NCBI GenBank assembly: GCA_041907605.1 | Contig: JAYRGZ010000014.1 | Span: 5,116 to 69,115 of the forward strand | Length of the DNA: 64,000 bases | Direction: 5' to 3' | DNA from: Minisyncoccota bacterium | GTDB lineage: Bacteria; Patescibacteriota; Minisyncoccia; Phycocordibacterales; UBA9973 | Part shown: piece after piece, positions 40,041 to 49,583 of the stretch | How positions within the stretch are numbered: position 1 is the stretch's first letter | How the letters are laid out: each line of letters opens with the position of its first letter | Position numbers and translations under genes: made by a program | The notes under the pieces: model-generated | Told to the model about the DNA's origin: nothing | Databases searched by the model: none | Seen by the model: the letters and a program-made list of their open reading frames with translations, nothing else

Positions 40041-40868
40041 ATGGTTGATGTCAAAAAATCAAGCGGCAGACAGGAGCCTTTTAATAGGCAGAAACTTTGT
40101 ATATCACTGGAAAATGCTGGAGCACCACACGATATTGCCCAATCAATTTGTAGAAATATTGAACAAAAAATTACTCCAAACATCTCTACACACAGAATCT
40201 TCAGATCAGCTCTCCGTGAATTAATAAAAACAAATCGTGACGTAGCAGCACGTTACAGTATTCATCGTGGTATTGCTGCACTTGGTCCTGCTGGTTTTTT
40301 CTTTGAACAATATGTTGAAGCTATACTACAGGCTTATGGCTACAAGACCAAGAGAGATACTATTATGAAGGGCGCTTGCATAAGTCACGAGATTGATTTG
40401 ACTGCTACAAAGGATAATGTTCATTACTTATTTGAGCTCAAGTACCACAACGAACAGGGAATAAAAACTCATGTACCCGTGGTAATGTATGCCGATGCGA
40501 GACTACAAGATATTTCAAAAATTGAAAACAGAAAAGAAAAAAACAGGTACGAACATCGTATGTGGCTAGTAACGAATACAAAATTTACCGATACCGCAAT
40601 CACATATGCAAAATGCAAACACATAAAATTAACCGGTTGGAACTATCCAAAAAACGAAAGCTTGGAAGATCTGATAGCGAATAAAAAACTTTATCCAGTT
40701 ACAATCCTACCTTCCATTTCAAGCGATATACTCACAATTCTTGCTGAGAGGAAAATAATCTTGGCTCAAGATCTAGCAACATATGATATCGGTGATCTAA
40801 TTTTACTTGGCATGAACGAAGCAACAGCACGTAAAATACAGGAGGAAGTAAGGGGACTATTCGTATAA
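40041..40868 (+). CDS. ATP-cone domain fused to an Mrr/restriction-endonuclease-like (PD-(D/E)XK) domain.
   Basis: N-terminal VKKSSGRQEPFNRQKLCISL is NrdR/ATP-cone-like. The central ..CISHEIDLTATKDNVHYLFELKYHN.. is a restriction-endonuclease catalytic-core-like E..D..ELK. C-terminal helical region. Confidence 0.55.
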   Translation: MVDVKKSSGRQEPFNRQKLCISLENAGAPHDIAQSICRNIEQKITPNISTHRIFRSALRELIKTNRDVAARYSIHRGIAALGPAGFFFEQYVEAILQAYGYKTKRDTIMKGACISHEIDLTATKDNVHYLFELKYHNEQGIKTHVPVVMYADARLQDISKIENRKEKNRYEHRMWLVTNTKFTDTAITYAKCKHIKLTGWNYPKNESLEDLIANKKLYPVTILPSISSDILTILAERKIILAQDLATYDIGDLILLGMNEATARKIQEEVRGLFV

Positions 40869-40871
40869 TCT

Positions 40872-41552
40872 ATGACAACACTTTACGTTATTGCGACACC
40901 AATAGGAAACTTGGGAGATATATCATCGAGGGCATTAAAGATACTTTCTGAAGTTGATACTATTTTATGTGAAGATACACGTGTTACAAAGAAACTTTTA
41001 TCACACTTTGGTATTACAACTAGAACAATGAGTTACGACGCCCACACATCTGGTAGCAAGCACCGAACCATCCTAGAAATGCTTTCAAATGGAAGGGACC
41101 TTGCCTTAGTAAGTGATGCCGGAACACCGTGCATTTCTGATCCAGGAGTAATGCTAATCAATGAAATATACAAAGAGTTCGGTGACAAAATAAAAATATC
41201 TCCTATCCCCGGTGCAAGCGCGCTAACAGCACTTTTGTCTGTATCAGGATTGAGCTCTATGCCATTTACGTTTTTAGGTTTTATACCTCAAAAGAAGGGA
41301 AGAGAGACCTTTTTCAAAAAGCTTAATGATTACGAACATACTGTTGTAATGTATGAATCACCACATAGATTTATGAAAACAATTGAATCTCTTTCAAAAA
41401 ATCTGGACGATAAGAAAATTATTGTGATCGGACGTGAAATTACAAAGATGTTTGAGGAAATAAAACGCGGAAATATTCTAGAAATTTCTAAGTATTTTGC
41501 GGAAAACCCTTCGAAGGTAAAAGGTGAATTTACAATTATTATTGGACAGTAA
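40872..41552 (+). CDS. rsmI: 16S rRNA (cytidine1402-2'-O)-methyltransferase RsmI.
   Basis: ..LYVIATPIGNLGDISSRALKIL..ILCEDTR... Confidence 0.9.
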   Translation: MTTLYVIATPIGNLGDISSRALKILSEVDTILCEDTRVTKKLLSHFGITTRTMSYDAHTSGSKHRTILEMLSNGRDLALVSDAGTPCISDPGVMLINEIYKEFGDKIKISPIPGASALTALLSVSGLSSMPFTFLGFIPQKKGRETFFKKLNDYEHTVVMYESPHRFMKTIESLSKNLDDKKIIVIGREITKMFEEIKRGNILEISKYFAENPSKVKGEFTIIIGQ

Positions 41553-41591
41553 TAATTTTTAAAAAGTTAGATTAAATAGTATAATAGCAAC

Positions 41592-41837
41592 ATGAAAAAA
41601 CGATATATATTTCTCATCTGCGGATTTCTGATAGCAGTAATGCCAATACTCGGATTTCCAAGCTCATTTAAAAATATATTTTATATAATAATCGGTATAG
41701 TGTTGATTGTCTTATCATATAAATGGGGTGATGCGAGCGAGATTAGAAGACAAGGTGAGGCTGTAGTTGAAAAGACTTTCGCGGAAAATAAGCCAAGCAA
41801 CAAGATGGATTCAATCCACATAAATGAGAGTAATTGA
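41592..41837 (+). CDS. Small 2-TM membrane protein.
   Basis: 81 aa, two hydrophobic helices. Confidence 0.4.
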   Translation: MKKRYIFLICGFLIAVMPILGFPSSFKNIFYIIIGIVLIVLSYKWGDASEIRRQGEAVVEKTFAENKPSNKMDSIHINESN

Positions 41838-43008
41838 TTACATACTAATAGCTTTTTCTTTGTTCTTAGCCGGAGGAGCCTATTTTTTTATTCCTGCTAT
41901 GGCAAAAGTTCAGTACATCAGTGACAATTTTTCATCAGCACACGAGATTCCACTCCTCGATCAAAATTCTAATATTTTAGAAACCGAAGTAAAAGCAGAA
42001 GAACCATTTGTTGCTACTCACATAAAAACTCCAGTACCATTAAAAGCTATATATATGTCTTCTTGGGTAACTGGAACAACAAAGTTTAGAGATAGCCTAA
42101 TAAAGACAATTGATACAACAGAAATAAATGCTGTGGTAATTGATATCAAGGATTACTCTGGAAGAATCTCATATGAAGTACATGACCCAGCACTTATTGA
42201 AATAGGGTCACAGGAGAAAAGAATACCTGACATAAGAGGTCTCATAAAAATGCTACATGAAAAAAACATTTATGTGATTGGTAGAGTTGCAGCGTTTCAA
42301 GATGCATACATGATTAAAAAATTTCCTGAGTATGCCGTAAAGACAAACACTGATAGAAACAAAGTATGGGGTGATCACAAGGGAATAGGATGGATTGATG
42401 CCGGGGAGCAAAAAATGTGGGATTATCTTATAGCAATAGGAAAGGATGCCTACAATAGTGGTTTCGACGAACTAAACTATGACTACATTCGCTTTCCGAG
42501 TGATGGTAATATGAAAGATATCTACTATCCAGTAAGTGACGGGAAGGTAAAACGTGATGTGATTAAATCATTCTTTGAGTATCTTAATCAGAATATGAAG
42601 GATACCGGTGTAGTACTATCTGCTGATTTGTTTGGTATGACAACAACAAATACAGATGACCTAAATATTGGCCAAGTATTGGAAAACGCATTACCATATT
42701 TTGATTATGTTTGCCCTATGGTTTATCCATCACATTTTCCAGCAACCTGGAACGGATATCAAAACCCAGCAACAAAACCATACGAAGTTATAAAATACAC
42801 GATGGACAAAGCAGTGCAGCGAACAGAAGCACTCGGGATGGATAAAAATAAAATTAGACCGTGGCTTCAGGATTTTAATCTTGGTGCGATCTATACTGCT
42901 GATATGGTTAGAAAACAAATACAAGCGACATATGATGCTGGGCTTAATTCCTGGATGCTTTGGGATGCAGCAAATACATACACTGTTTCAGCATTAGAAA
43001 GTAATTAA
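41824..43008 (+). CDS. Membrane-anchored putative glycoside-hydrolase-like TIM-barrel protein (DUF4015/GHL-type).
   Basis: N-terminal TM, then ..LKAIYMSSWVTGTT..INAVVIDIKDYSG..GWIDAGEQKMWDY..ELNYDYIRFPSDG.., which resembles GH-like (beta/alpha)8 families. Confidence 0.5.
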   Translation: MRVIDYILIAFSLFLAGGAYFFIPAMAKVQYISDNFSSAHEIPLLDQNSNILETEVKAEEPFVATHIKTPVPLKAIYMSSWVTGTTKFRDSLIKTIDTTEINAVVIDIKDYSGRISYEVHDPALIEIGSQEKRIPDIRGLIKMLHEKNIYVIGRVAAFQDAYMIKKFPEYAVKTNTDRNKVWGDHKGIGWIDAGEQKMWDYLIAIGKDAYNSGFDELNYDYIRFPSDGNMKDIYYPVSDGKVKRDVIKSFFEYLNQNMKDTGVVLSADLFGMTTTNTDDLNIGQVLENALPYFDYVCPMVYPSHFPATWNGYQNPATKPYEVIKYTMDKAVQRTEALGMDKNKIRPWLQDFNLGAIYTADMVRKQIQATYDAGLNSWMLWDAANTYTVSALESN

Positions 43009-43013
43009 TTTTT

Positions 43014-44240
43014 ATGAAATATACAAAAAAGCAAATTCAAAATTTACTTGGAGCAATATGTGTAATTGTTTTCGTTTTTCTAATCGGTTTGTATGTTGGA
43101 TACAATAACAAGCTATGGGTTGAGAGAGTTATCGGTATCGAAAACAAGAATACACCCCCACAAATTGGTAATGATGCTGATTTTGAGCCATTTTGGAAGG
43201 TATGGAGCATCATAAATGACAAATATCCTCATCCAGAGGAAACAAGCAACCAAGATAGAATCTGGGGAGCAATTGAGGGGCTAACAAGCTCATTAAATGA
43301 TCCATATACTGAATTTTTTCCACCACAAGAATCTAAGCAATTCATGGAACAAATCAATGGTGAATTCTCAGGAGTTGGTATGGAAGTTGGGATGAAGGAC
43401 AATATTCTCACTGTTATTGCACCACTAAAGGGTTCACCCGCTGACAAGGCAGGTATAAAACCTGGAGATAAAATACTCAAGATTGATTCAAAGGTTACAA
43501 CCGATATGAAGGTGGATGAAGCAGTAAAATTAATCAAAGGTAAACCTGGAACCAAAATTACTCTCACTCTATATAGACAGGGAAATGATCAATCTTTTGA
43601 TGTATCACTCACACGAGAAGTTATAACAATTCCTACTATCGAATCTGTTGTGAGAAATGACGGAATACAAATATTAAATATTTACAATTTCGGCACAGGA
43701 GTAACCGATGAATTTAAGAAGGAAATTACTTCTTTCAACGCTTCTGGTAGAAAAAAATTGATCATTGATTTAAGAAACAACCCGGGAGGATTTTTGGATG
43801 CTGCTGTAGAAATTGCTAGTTACTTTTTGCCACAAGGAGACGTGATAGTGAAAGAAGACTACGGTAATAATCGTGATCAAGATATATATAGAAGTAAGGG
43901 TTATAACTCTGTAAATAGTGATGTAAAAATTGTCATTTTAGTAGATGGTGGTTCAGCATCTGCATCTGAAATACTAGCTGGTGCGCTTAGTGAACACAAG
44001 AGAGCAACACTCGTAGGCGAACAAACATACGGTAAAGGATCAGTACAAGAGCTTGTTCCGATAACAGACAATACATCACTGAAGGTTACTGTAGCAAAAT
44101 GGTTAACACCTAACGGTGTATCAATATCACTAAAAGGACTTACACCTGATATAAAAGTATCAATTACCAAGGATGATGTTGCAAATAAACATGATCCACA
44201 ATTAGAACGTGCAGTATCGTATCTAAATAACGGAAAATAA
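43014..44240 (+). CDS. ctpA: Carboxyl-terminal processing protease (S41, CtpA-like) with a PDZ domain.
   Basis: PDZ (..GSPADKAGIKPGDKILKID..) and S41 core (..LIIDLRNNPGGFLDAAVEIA..) with catalytic Ser and Lys regions. Confidence 0.9.
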   Translation: MKYTKKQIQNLLGAICVIVFVFLIGLYVGYNNKLWVERVIGIENKNTPPQIGNDADFEPFWKVWSIINDKYPHPEETSNQDRIWGAIEGLTSSLNDPYTEFFPPQESKQFMEQINGEFSGVGMEVGMKDNILTVIAPLKGSPADKAGIKPGDKILKIDSKVTTDMKVDEAVKLIKGKPGTKITLTLYRQGNDQSFDVSLTREVITIPTIESVVRNDGIQILNIYNFGTGVTDEFKKEITSFNASGRKKLIIDLRNNPGGFLDAAVEIASYFLPQGDVIVKEDYGNNRDQDIYRSKGYNSVNSDVKIVILVDGGSASASEILAGALSEHKRATLVGEQTYGKGSVQELVPITDNTSLKVTVAKWLTPNGVSISLKGLTPDIKVSITKDDVANKHDPQLERAVSYLNNGK

Positions 44241-44241
44241 T

Positions 44242-44694
44242 ATGAAATTAATTCTCCTAGAAAATATCAAGAAAATTGGCAAGAAGGATGAGATAAAGGA
44301 AGTACCAGACGGATATGCTCAAAATTTTCTAATTCCCAGAAAGCTTGCAGTATTAGCTACACCAGAAAGAATTAAGAAACTAGAACTTAGTAAAAAACAA
44401 ATTGAAGATGAGAAGGGAATGCATTTAGAAATAATGAGATCCAATCTTGAGAAAATTGATAATACTGAGATTGTTATCACCCGAAAAGTGAATTCTAGCG
44501 GATCGCTGTTTGCTCAGATTGCCGAAAAGGATATCCAAGAAGAAATAAAAAATGCGTCTAAGATTCTAGTACCTATTGAATACATACAATTATCGGAGCA
44601 TATTAAACATACAGGCACACATAAAATTATTCTTGGTTCAAAAAGTAAACTTGGAAGAGAATACATCTTAAATTTACAAATAAAGGGTTCATAA
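44242..44694 (+). CDS. rplI: 50S ribosomal protein L9.
   Basis: MKLILLENIKKIGKKDEIKEVPDGYAQNFLIPRKLA... Confidence 0.9.
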   Translation: MKLILLENIKKIGKKDEIKEVPDGYAQNFLIPRKLAVLATPERIKKLELSKKQIEDEKGMHLEIMRSNLEKIDNTEIVITRKVNSSGSLFAQIAEKDIQEEIKNASKILVPIEYIQLSEHIKHTGTHKIILGSKSKLGREYILNLQIKGS

Positions 44695-44731
44695 ACAACA
44701 AAATCCCAAATAACTTGGGATTTTGTTGTTT
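44694..44731. terminator. Bidirectional rho-independent terminator between rplI (+) and rpmA (-).
   Basis: AACAACAAAATCCCAAataaCTTGGGATTTTGTTGTT. Confidence 0.8.
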
Positions 44732-44744
44732 AAAAATCAAATTC

Positions 44745-45017
44745 TTATATTACGTGAGCTTGTTTATGAACAACAACTTTGCCATCGTAATTCTTTTTTC
44801 TACGGTTTGTAAACGATACTACACCGTCTTTCATTGCAAACAATGTATGATCCTTTCCAACTCCTACGTTTTTACCTGCTATGATCTTTGTCCCTCTCTG
44901 TCTAATTATTACTGAGCCTTTTTGGGCTTTTTCACCAGCATATAATTTTGTTCCGAGATATTTAGGATTTGAATCACGCAGGTTATGGGCTGTTCCGCCG
45001 GCTTTCCTATGTGCCAT
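44745..45017 (-). CDS. rpmA: 50S ribosomal protein L27.
   Basis: [51 protein letters not shown]... Confidence 0.95.
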   Translation of the reverse strand: MAHRKAGGTAHNLRDSNPKYLGTKLYAGEKAQKGSVIIRQRGTKIIAGKNVGVGKDHTLFAMKDGVVSFTNRRKKNYDGKVVVHKQAHVI

Positions 45018-45050
45018 GGTGTTTAATACTCCTTATTTTTACTATATAAT

Positions 45051-45422
45051 ATGGATGTGAGTATACATGATATTTGGACAAAAATCAAGGGGTCAAATGG
45101 AGGCAGGGTAGGGGAAACTGCCATAATAATTGCCCTTTTTGTTGTTGCTAATATTGCCTCCTATATGATCGGTTCCTCAAATAATATTAGGGAGACAGCG
45201 GACCCAGTTATAATTGCTGGTAATGTAAAAAGCTATGACGAAGCGATTTCTAGTGTAAATCTAAATACTGGCCTAGTTTTTGCATCAAAAAATGGAACCA
45301 AATTTTACTATGACAATTGTAGTGGCGGCAAAAGCATCAAGGCTGAAAACAGAATCTGGTTTGAAACAGAAGATGAGGCCAAGTCAGCAGGGTATACACT
45401 AGCTACTAACTGCACCCCATAA
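45051..45422 (+). CDS. Hypothetical membrane-anchored small protein.
   Basis: TM ..AIIIALFVVANIASYMIG.., then ..FYYDNCSGGKSIKAENRIWFETEDEAKSAGY..NC. Confidence 0.4.
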   Translation: MDVSIHDIWTKIKGSNGGRVGETAIIIALFVVANIASYMIGSSNNIRETADPVIIAGNVKSYDEAISSVNLNTGLVFASKNGTKFYYDNCSGGKSIKAENRIWFETEDEAKSAGYTLATNCTP

Positions 45423-45430
45423 AAACACAA

Positions 45431-46333
45431 ATGCGAACCTTTTTTTACATACTACTTATAATCTTTGTGGCCTCGACAGTCTATGCTGCCAAGGACGATT
45501 TGAAGAATCTTTATATTCGGCTAGAAAGTAAATTCGAATCAATTGATGGGAGTAGTATAAAATTACCGACATTTGCAAACAACTTCTTTAAAAATATAAC
45601 AAATATAGAGGATCCTCTTACACCAGGACCGCTGATCTTAAAGAACCAAATAGGGAGTTCAATAAATACCAATTTAACGATACAGGGAATTATCTCTAAA
45701 ACAAACTCTGAAAGAATTGCAATTTCATTAAAACCACTTTCTGAAAATCGTGAACTTGATAATAGTGCGAGTAAAAAGGTTGATGATATGTTTGAAAAAC
45801 AATACTTCGAGCATATATCTCCAGAAGGTATTGGTGTTTCAGACCTCGCAAAAAATGAGGGCTACGAATATATACTTATAGGTGAGAATTTAGCACTAGG
45901 TGGTTTCAAGGATGATGCAGATGTTGTAGCTGCTTGGATGGCTTCTCCTGGGCATAAAGCAAATATTTTAAATAATCGATACACAGAAATCGGTATTGCG
46001 GTAAAAAAAGGAATATATCAAGGAAGCGAAGTTTGGATAGCGGTACAACATTTTGGAATGCCTATAGATATATGTCCTAGTGTTGATCAGAAGCTCAAGG
46101 TGGAGATAGATAGCAATCAACTACAACTAAACAATCTGGAAGCAGATTTAACATCAAAAAAGGCAGAGATTGACTCAGTGGGCCAAATTAATCAAACACT
46201 GTACCAAAGCCTCATACAAGAATATAACCTCACTGTGGGGGAATACAATAGAATCGTAGCAATCATAGAAAGCGATATAAAGACCTACAATGCAGAGGTT
46301 GCCGTCTTTAATAAATGTATTAAAGGGGAGTAG
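45431..46333 (+). CDS. Secreted CAP/SCP/PR1-like domain protein (YkwD-like) with a C-terminal coiled coil.
   Basis: Signal peptide; CAP core ..EGYEYILIGENLALGGF..AWMASPGHKANILNNRYTEIGIAV... Confidence 0.7.
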   Translation: MRTFFYILLIIFVASTVYAAKDDLKNLYIRLESKFESIDGSSIKLPTFANNFFKNITNIEDPLTPGPLILKNQIGSSINTNLTIQGIISKTNSERIAISLKPLSENRELDNSASKKVDDMFEKQYFEHISPEGIGVSDLAKNEGYEYILIGENLALGGFKDDADVVAAWMASPGHKANILNNRYTEIGIAVKKGIYQGSEVWIAVQHFGMPIDICPSVDQKLKVEIDSNQLQLNNLEADLTSKKAEIDSVGQINQTLYQSLIQEYNLTVGEYNRIVAIIESDIKTYNAEVAVFNKCIKGE

Positions 46334-46432
46334 GTAAAAGGGCTTTATTTGTTATATATATTTATTTACTATAGTGTCGCACAATATATCTTTTGCGACA
46401 CTAGAGTTCATTTAAAAACTAGTTAAAGCTTA

Positions 46433-46774
46433 TTACTTATCTACAGGATTGAACTCAACTACTCTTATTGTGGACATATCATCACTTATAACATAGTTAA
46501 ACGTAGCACTTCCTTGTATGTGGCCATCTTCATAAACAACGCTTCCATTATTTTTTTGTGGATCAATTGAAATACTTGTCACATACCAACTTCCACCTAA
46601 AACCGGCTTTTCAGGTGTAATAGTACTTATATTTGATTTAATAAACCTCTCTACGTTATTTACCTCGATATTTGGATCTAATTGTATAACTTCTTTATTT
46701 ATATTTTTGTAAACAGTAAAAAGTAGGCTTGCCAAAATTAAAGCTGGTATTACAACTAGATAGTATTTTTTCAT
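46433..46774 (-). CDS. Secreted hypothetical protein.
   Basis: Signal peptide MKKYYLVVIPALILASLLFTVY; 113 aa. Confidence 0.45.
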   Translation of the reverse strand: MKKYYLVVIPALILASLLFTVYKNINKEVIQLDPNIEVNNVERFIKSNISTITPEKPVLGGSWYVTSISIDPQKNNGSVVYEDGHIQGSATFNYVISDDMSTIRVVEFNPVDK

Positions 46775-46838
46775 ATATTAATTGTACCACTTCCCTATTT
46801 TTATATAATTCAAATAAAAAACTCCCAGAGGGAGCTTT

Positions 46839-46901
46839 TTATTTCTTCTTATCTTTCTTTGGTTTCTTTTTTTCTTTCTTATGTGTTTCTCCTTTTGCCA
46901 T
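46839..46901 (-). CDS. Possible 20-codon lysine-rich micro-ORF with its own terminator (very uncertain).
   Basis: Minus-strand ATG..TAA encodes MAKGETHKKEKKKPKKDKKK and is followed by the hairpin AGCTCCCtctGGGAGTT plus a T-run (plus-strand ~46815-46840). No SD sequence was seen. Confidence 0.2.
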   Translation of the reverse strand: MAKGETHKKEKKKPKKDKKK

Positions 46902-46949
46902 AAAATGTTTTTAAAAAATTAATAATAGACTTATTATACAACATAATCA

Positions 46950-47246
46950 TTAAACTAACCTTAATTTAACACTGACAGTATCACCTTCTAATAATCCTTC
47001 TTTTTTTCTTATGCTAGATTTAATAGATAGTAAATATGATTTAGTCTTATTTTGAGGAAATAATGCTGTAATCCATTTTGTCGTTCCAATTTTCGCTTCT
47101 ACTTTTACAAAACCTGCTCCATATTTGGTGGAATTAGCCTTTATACGAATTGATTTAGACGGTTCAATATTTACAAAATACCAACCACCAGTGCCAGGAT
47201 ACTTCCATAATCTTCCACGAACACTTAAATTCATAGTGCGATGCAT
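46950..47246 (-). CDS. DUF1905-domain protein.
   Basis: ..GTGGWYFVNIEPSKS..YGAGFVKVEAKIGTTKW..LLEGDTVSVKLRL..: the DUF1905 beta-barrel pattern. Confidence 0.55.
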   Translation of the reverse strand: MHRTMNLSVRGRLWKYPGTGGWYFVNIEPSKSIRIKANSTKYGAGFVKVEAKIGTTKWITALFPQNKTKSYLLSIKSSIRKKEGLLEGDTVSVKLRLV

Positions 47247-47801
47247 TTACTTATCAAACAATTCACCCTTCATCCATGGTGTTCCAAGTTTAGGAAGTAG
47301 CCATCTATCAAACCCGATCCATCCTGCGGTTCTCCATCCAAGTATAAGAAACAGTTGGAGTAAAAATAAAAGTGGATTTGTACTAACCGTACCAGCAAAA
47401 AGATAATTCATATTCATAAATGTACCAAAGAACGCTGCAATACCAGTAAACATTCCCAAAATTAGCGCGGCACCGACTAATAGCTCACCGTATGCAACGA
47501 TATGAGAGAAAAAAGAAGCATTAGGTATCGCAAAGTGTTCGATAAAATACGCATACCAACCTGATACGTCTGGATGCTCACCGGCTGTTTTACCAAGCGC
47601 ACCTAATAGAAAGCCTTTAACGGCACCACCGGCTTGTGGGCCTACCCAAATAGGATTAATAACCTTATTTATTCCGGCAACTATCCATTCGTATCCGACA
47701 TATATGCGTATAAGAAACCAAATCCATGAGAAATTATTGCTAGCAAAAAGAAGCTTGGATAATCTGGGTTCTGGTATTTGAACAATATTTTTTGTATTCA
47801 T
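47247..47801 (-). CDS. DoxX/DoxD-like membrane protein.
   Basis: 184 aa, 4 TM helices; ..IWFLIRIYVGYEWIVAGINK.. is DoxD-like. Confidence 0.55.
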   Translation of the reverse strand: MNTKNIVQIPEPRLSKLLFASNNFSWIWFLIRIYVGYEWIVAGINKVINPIWVGPQAGGAVKGFLLGALGKTAGEHPDVSGWYAYFIEHFAIPNASFFSHIVAYGELLVGAALILGMFTGIAAFFGTFMNMNYLFAGTVSTNPLLFLLQLFLILGWRTAGWIGFDRWLLPKLGTPWMKGELFDK

Positions 47802-47812
47802 TTTGTTTTTAC

Positions 47813-48193
47813 TTACTTATTAAAATTATAAAATTGAGGCATTGAATTAATTGTTGGTGTTGGATTTACTATAACATTTGTATTAACTTGTGGTGCATTT
47901 TGTTCAAACCATGTAGGTTCACCATTTTTTATTCTTTTCATGTTTTCAACAAAACTCCCCCATAGTAGATCAGAAAATATGTTGTTCCAGATATATAAAA
48001 CTGGTATAGATAAATATTTCTGCCACAGTTTATCCGCTGTACTTTCTATAAATTTAGTATTTTCAACTACAGTAGGTTTTTCTAATACCTCCTTGATACT
48101 TACATTAAAATAACCGAGGACAATTACGCCCACGGCTAGAAGGATTATTATACCCAGAATACTTAATCCAGATTGTGTGTATAATCGACTCAT
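47813..48193 (-). CDS. Hypothetical membrane-anchored protein.
   Basis: N-terminal TM ..LSILGIIILLAVGVIVLGYF..; 126 aa. Confidence 0.4.
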   Translation of the reverse strand: MSRLYTQSGLSILGIIILLAVGVIVLGYFNVSIKEVLEKPTVVENTKFIESTADKLWQKYLSIPVLYIWNNIFSDLLWGSFVENMKRIKNGEPTWFEQNAPQVNTNVIVNPTPTINSMPQFYNFNK

Positions 48194-48225
48194 AAAAGCT
48201 CTTATACCACTATTATAGCACTGTT

Positions 48226-49548
48226 TTAATCAGTTTGTGATGTGACCGTTGTCGGACCAGTGTATTTAGGCAAATATAGCATTGGGTCCAAATACGCGGC
48301 TTTAGCAGCAACAGGCATTGTATAGATTCTGCCACCACAAGTCTTACTTGGAAAAGATTGTATTGATATTCCACTTCCGACAAACATCGAGACGTGTAGA
48401 TGTGGTCCTGTTGAGTGTCCTGTATTTCCACTATATCCTACTACATCACCCGATTTAACTCGCATGTTATTCTGTGCAGTTGGTAGTGATAAGTGACCAT
48501 ATACAGTAGCCAAACCATTATCGTATTTAATAAACACCCATCTACCATATGATGCACCCGGACAAGTTAGATCTGTATCACCCGTTGCAATAACTGTACC
48601 TACCCCAATTGCACGTACAACTGTACCGATAGGAGTGCCGAAATCTACACCGCCATGACTACCTGATGCATACAACCTACCGGAAACAGAAGTTTTACCA
48701 AAAAATTGCGTAATATGAATATTATCAAGTGGCCAACTAAATGTACCTTGATGCGGTGAAGCAAAGCTATTTGGATCTAGCACAAATTTTAGTTTAGATT
48801 CAAAATCAAAAAGTTCCTTTTCGAATTCAGTTTTTCTTGCCAAACTACTCTTTAGAAGTGAGTTATAATTTGATTCTTGATTCTTAGTGTCTTTTAATAA
48901 TTTTTGCTTATCTCTATTATTTTGATCAACTATTTTTTTCTGATCAGATAATTGGTTTTTCAATATTACTAAATCGTTCTGTGCCTTCTCCATTTTTGTT
49001 TTCTTATCTTCCAGTATATTTTTTGTATCCTTAAGTGTTACAACATGCCCACCAAGTTTCTCTTGTACAGATAGTGATGCATCTACTGTTCGCCATACAT
49101 TGGTCAAAGTAAACTCTCCTGCCAGTGATTCCACTAGAGGTATCGAATCAATTTCATTGCGAGAACGAACAATTTTTTTTATTGCATCCTGGTTTACAGA
49201 AATTGAATCGTTTGTTGTACCAATTTCCTGAGATAAATTTTGTATTGTAAGATCGGTAGCATTAATTTTATTTTGTGTAAGTTTTATATCTAAAGCTAGC
49301 TTCTTTGCTGTTATATCTAACTGTTTAATTGAATTCGCTAGTGTATTCTTCTGCGTTCCAAGTGTTGTAAGTGTTGTCTGATAATCGGCAATTTGCTTTT
49401 CCAGATTAGCAATATCTGCATTTCTTTCAGAAATCTTTTGTCTTAGCTCATCTGCGGTTTCTGCATATACTTTGGGTAGTAGTACTGACAAAAATACTAT
49501 TATGAACACTATTGATATGTTCCTTCGTAAGTTCATATATTTAGCCAT
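48226..49548 (-). CDS. Secreted coiled-coil protein with a C-terminal M23/LytM metallopeptidase domain (EnvC-like).
   Basis: Signal peptide, ~250-aa coiled coil, then the M23 core ..GSHGGVDFGTP..YGHLSL..GYSGNTGHSTGPHLHV... Confidence 0.8.
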   Translation of the reverse strand: MAKYMNLRRNISIVFIIVFLSVLLPKVYAETADELRQKISERNADIANLEKQIADYQTTLTTLGTQKNTLANSIKQLDITAKKLALDIKLTQNKINATDLTIQNLSQEIGTTNDSISVNQDAIKKIVRSRNEIDSIPLVESLAGEFTLTNVWRTVDASLSVQEKLGGHVVTLKDTKNILEDKKTKMEKAQNDLVILKNQLSDQKKIVDQNNRDKQKLLKDTKNQESNYNSLLKSSLARKTEFEKELFDFESKLKFVLDPNSFASPHQGTFSWPLDNIHITQFFGKTSVSGRLYASGSHGGVDFGTPIGTVVRAIGVGTVIATGDTDLTCPGASYGRWVFIKYDNGLATVYGHLSLPTAQNNMRVKSGDVVGYSGNTGHSTGPHLHVSMFVGSGISIQSFPSKTCGGRIYTMPVAAKAAYLDPMLYLPKYTGPTTVTSQTD

Positions 49549-49583
49549 TCTACAGTGTTTATGACGTATGTGGAAGCTTCTTG

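Noticed and set aside
44715-44915. Plus-strand 66-aa ORF overlapping rpmA.
   Set aside because: It lies entirely inside the well-supported minus-strand L27 gene and the bidirectional terminator, and has no features of its own.
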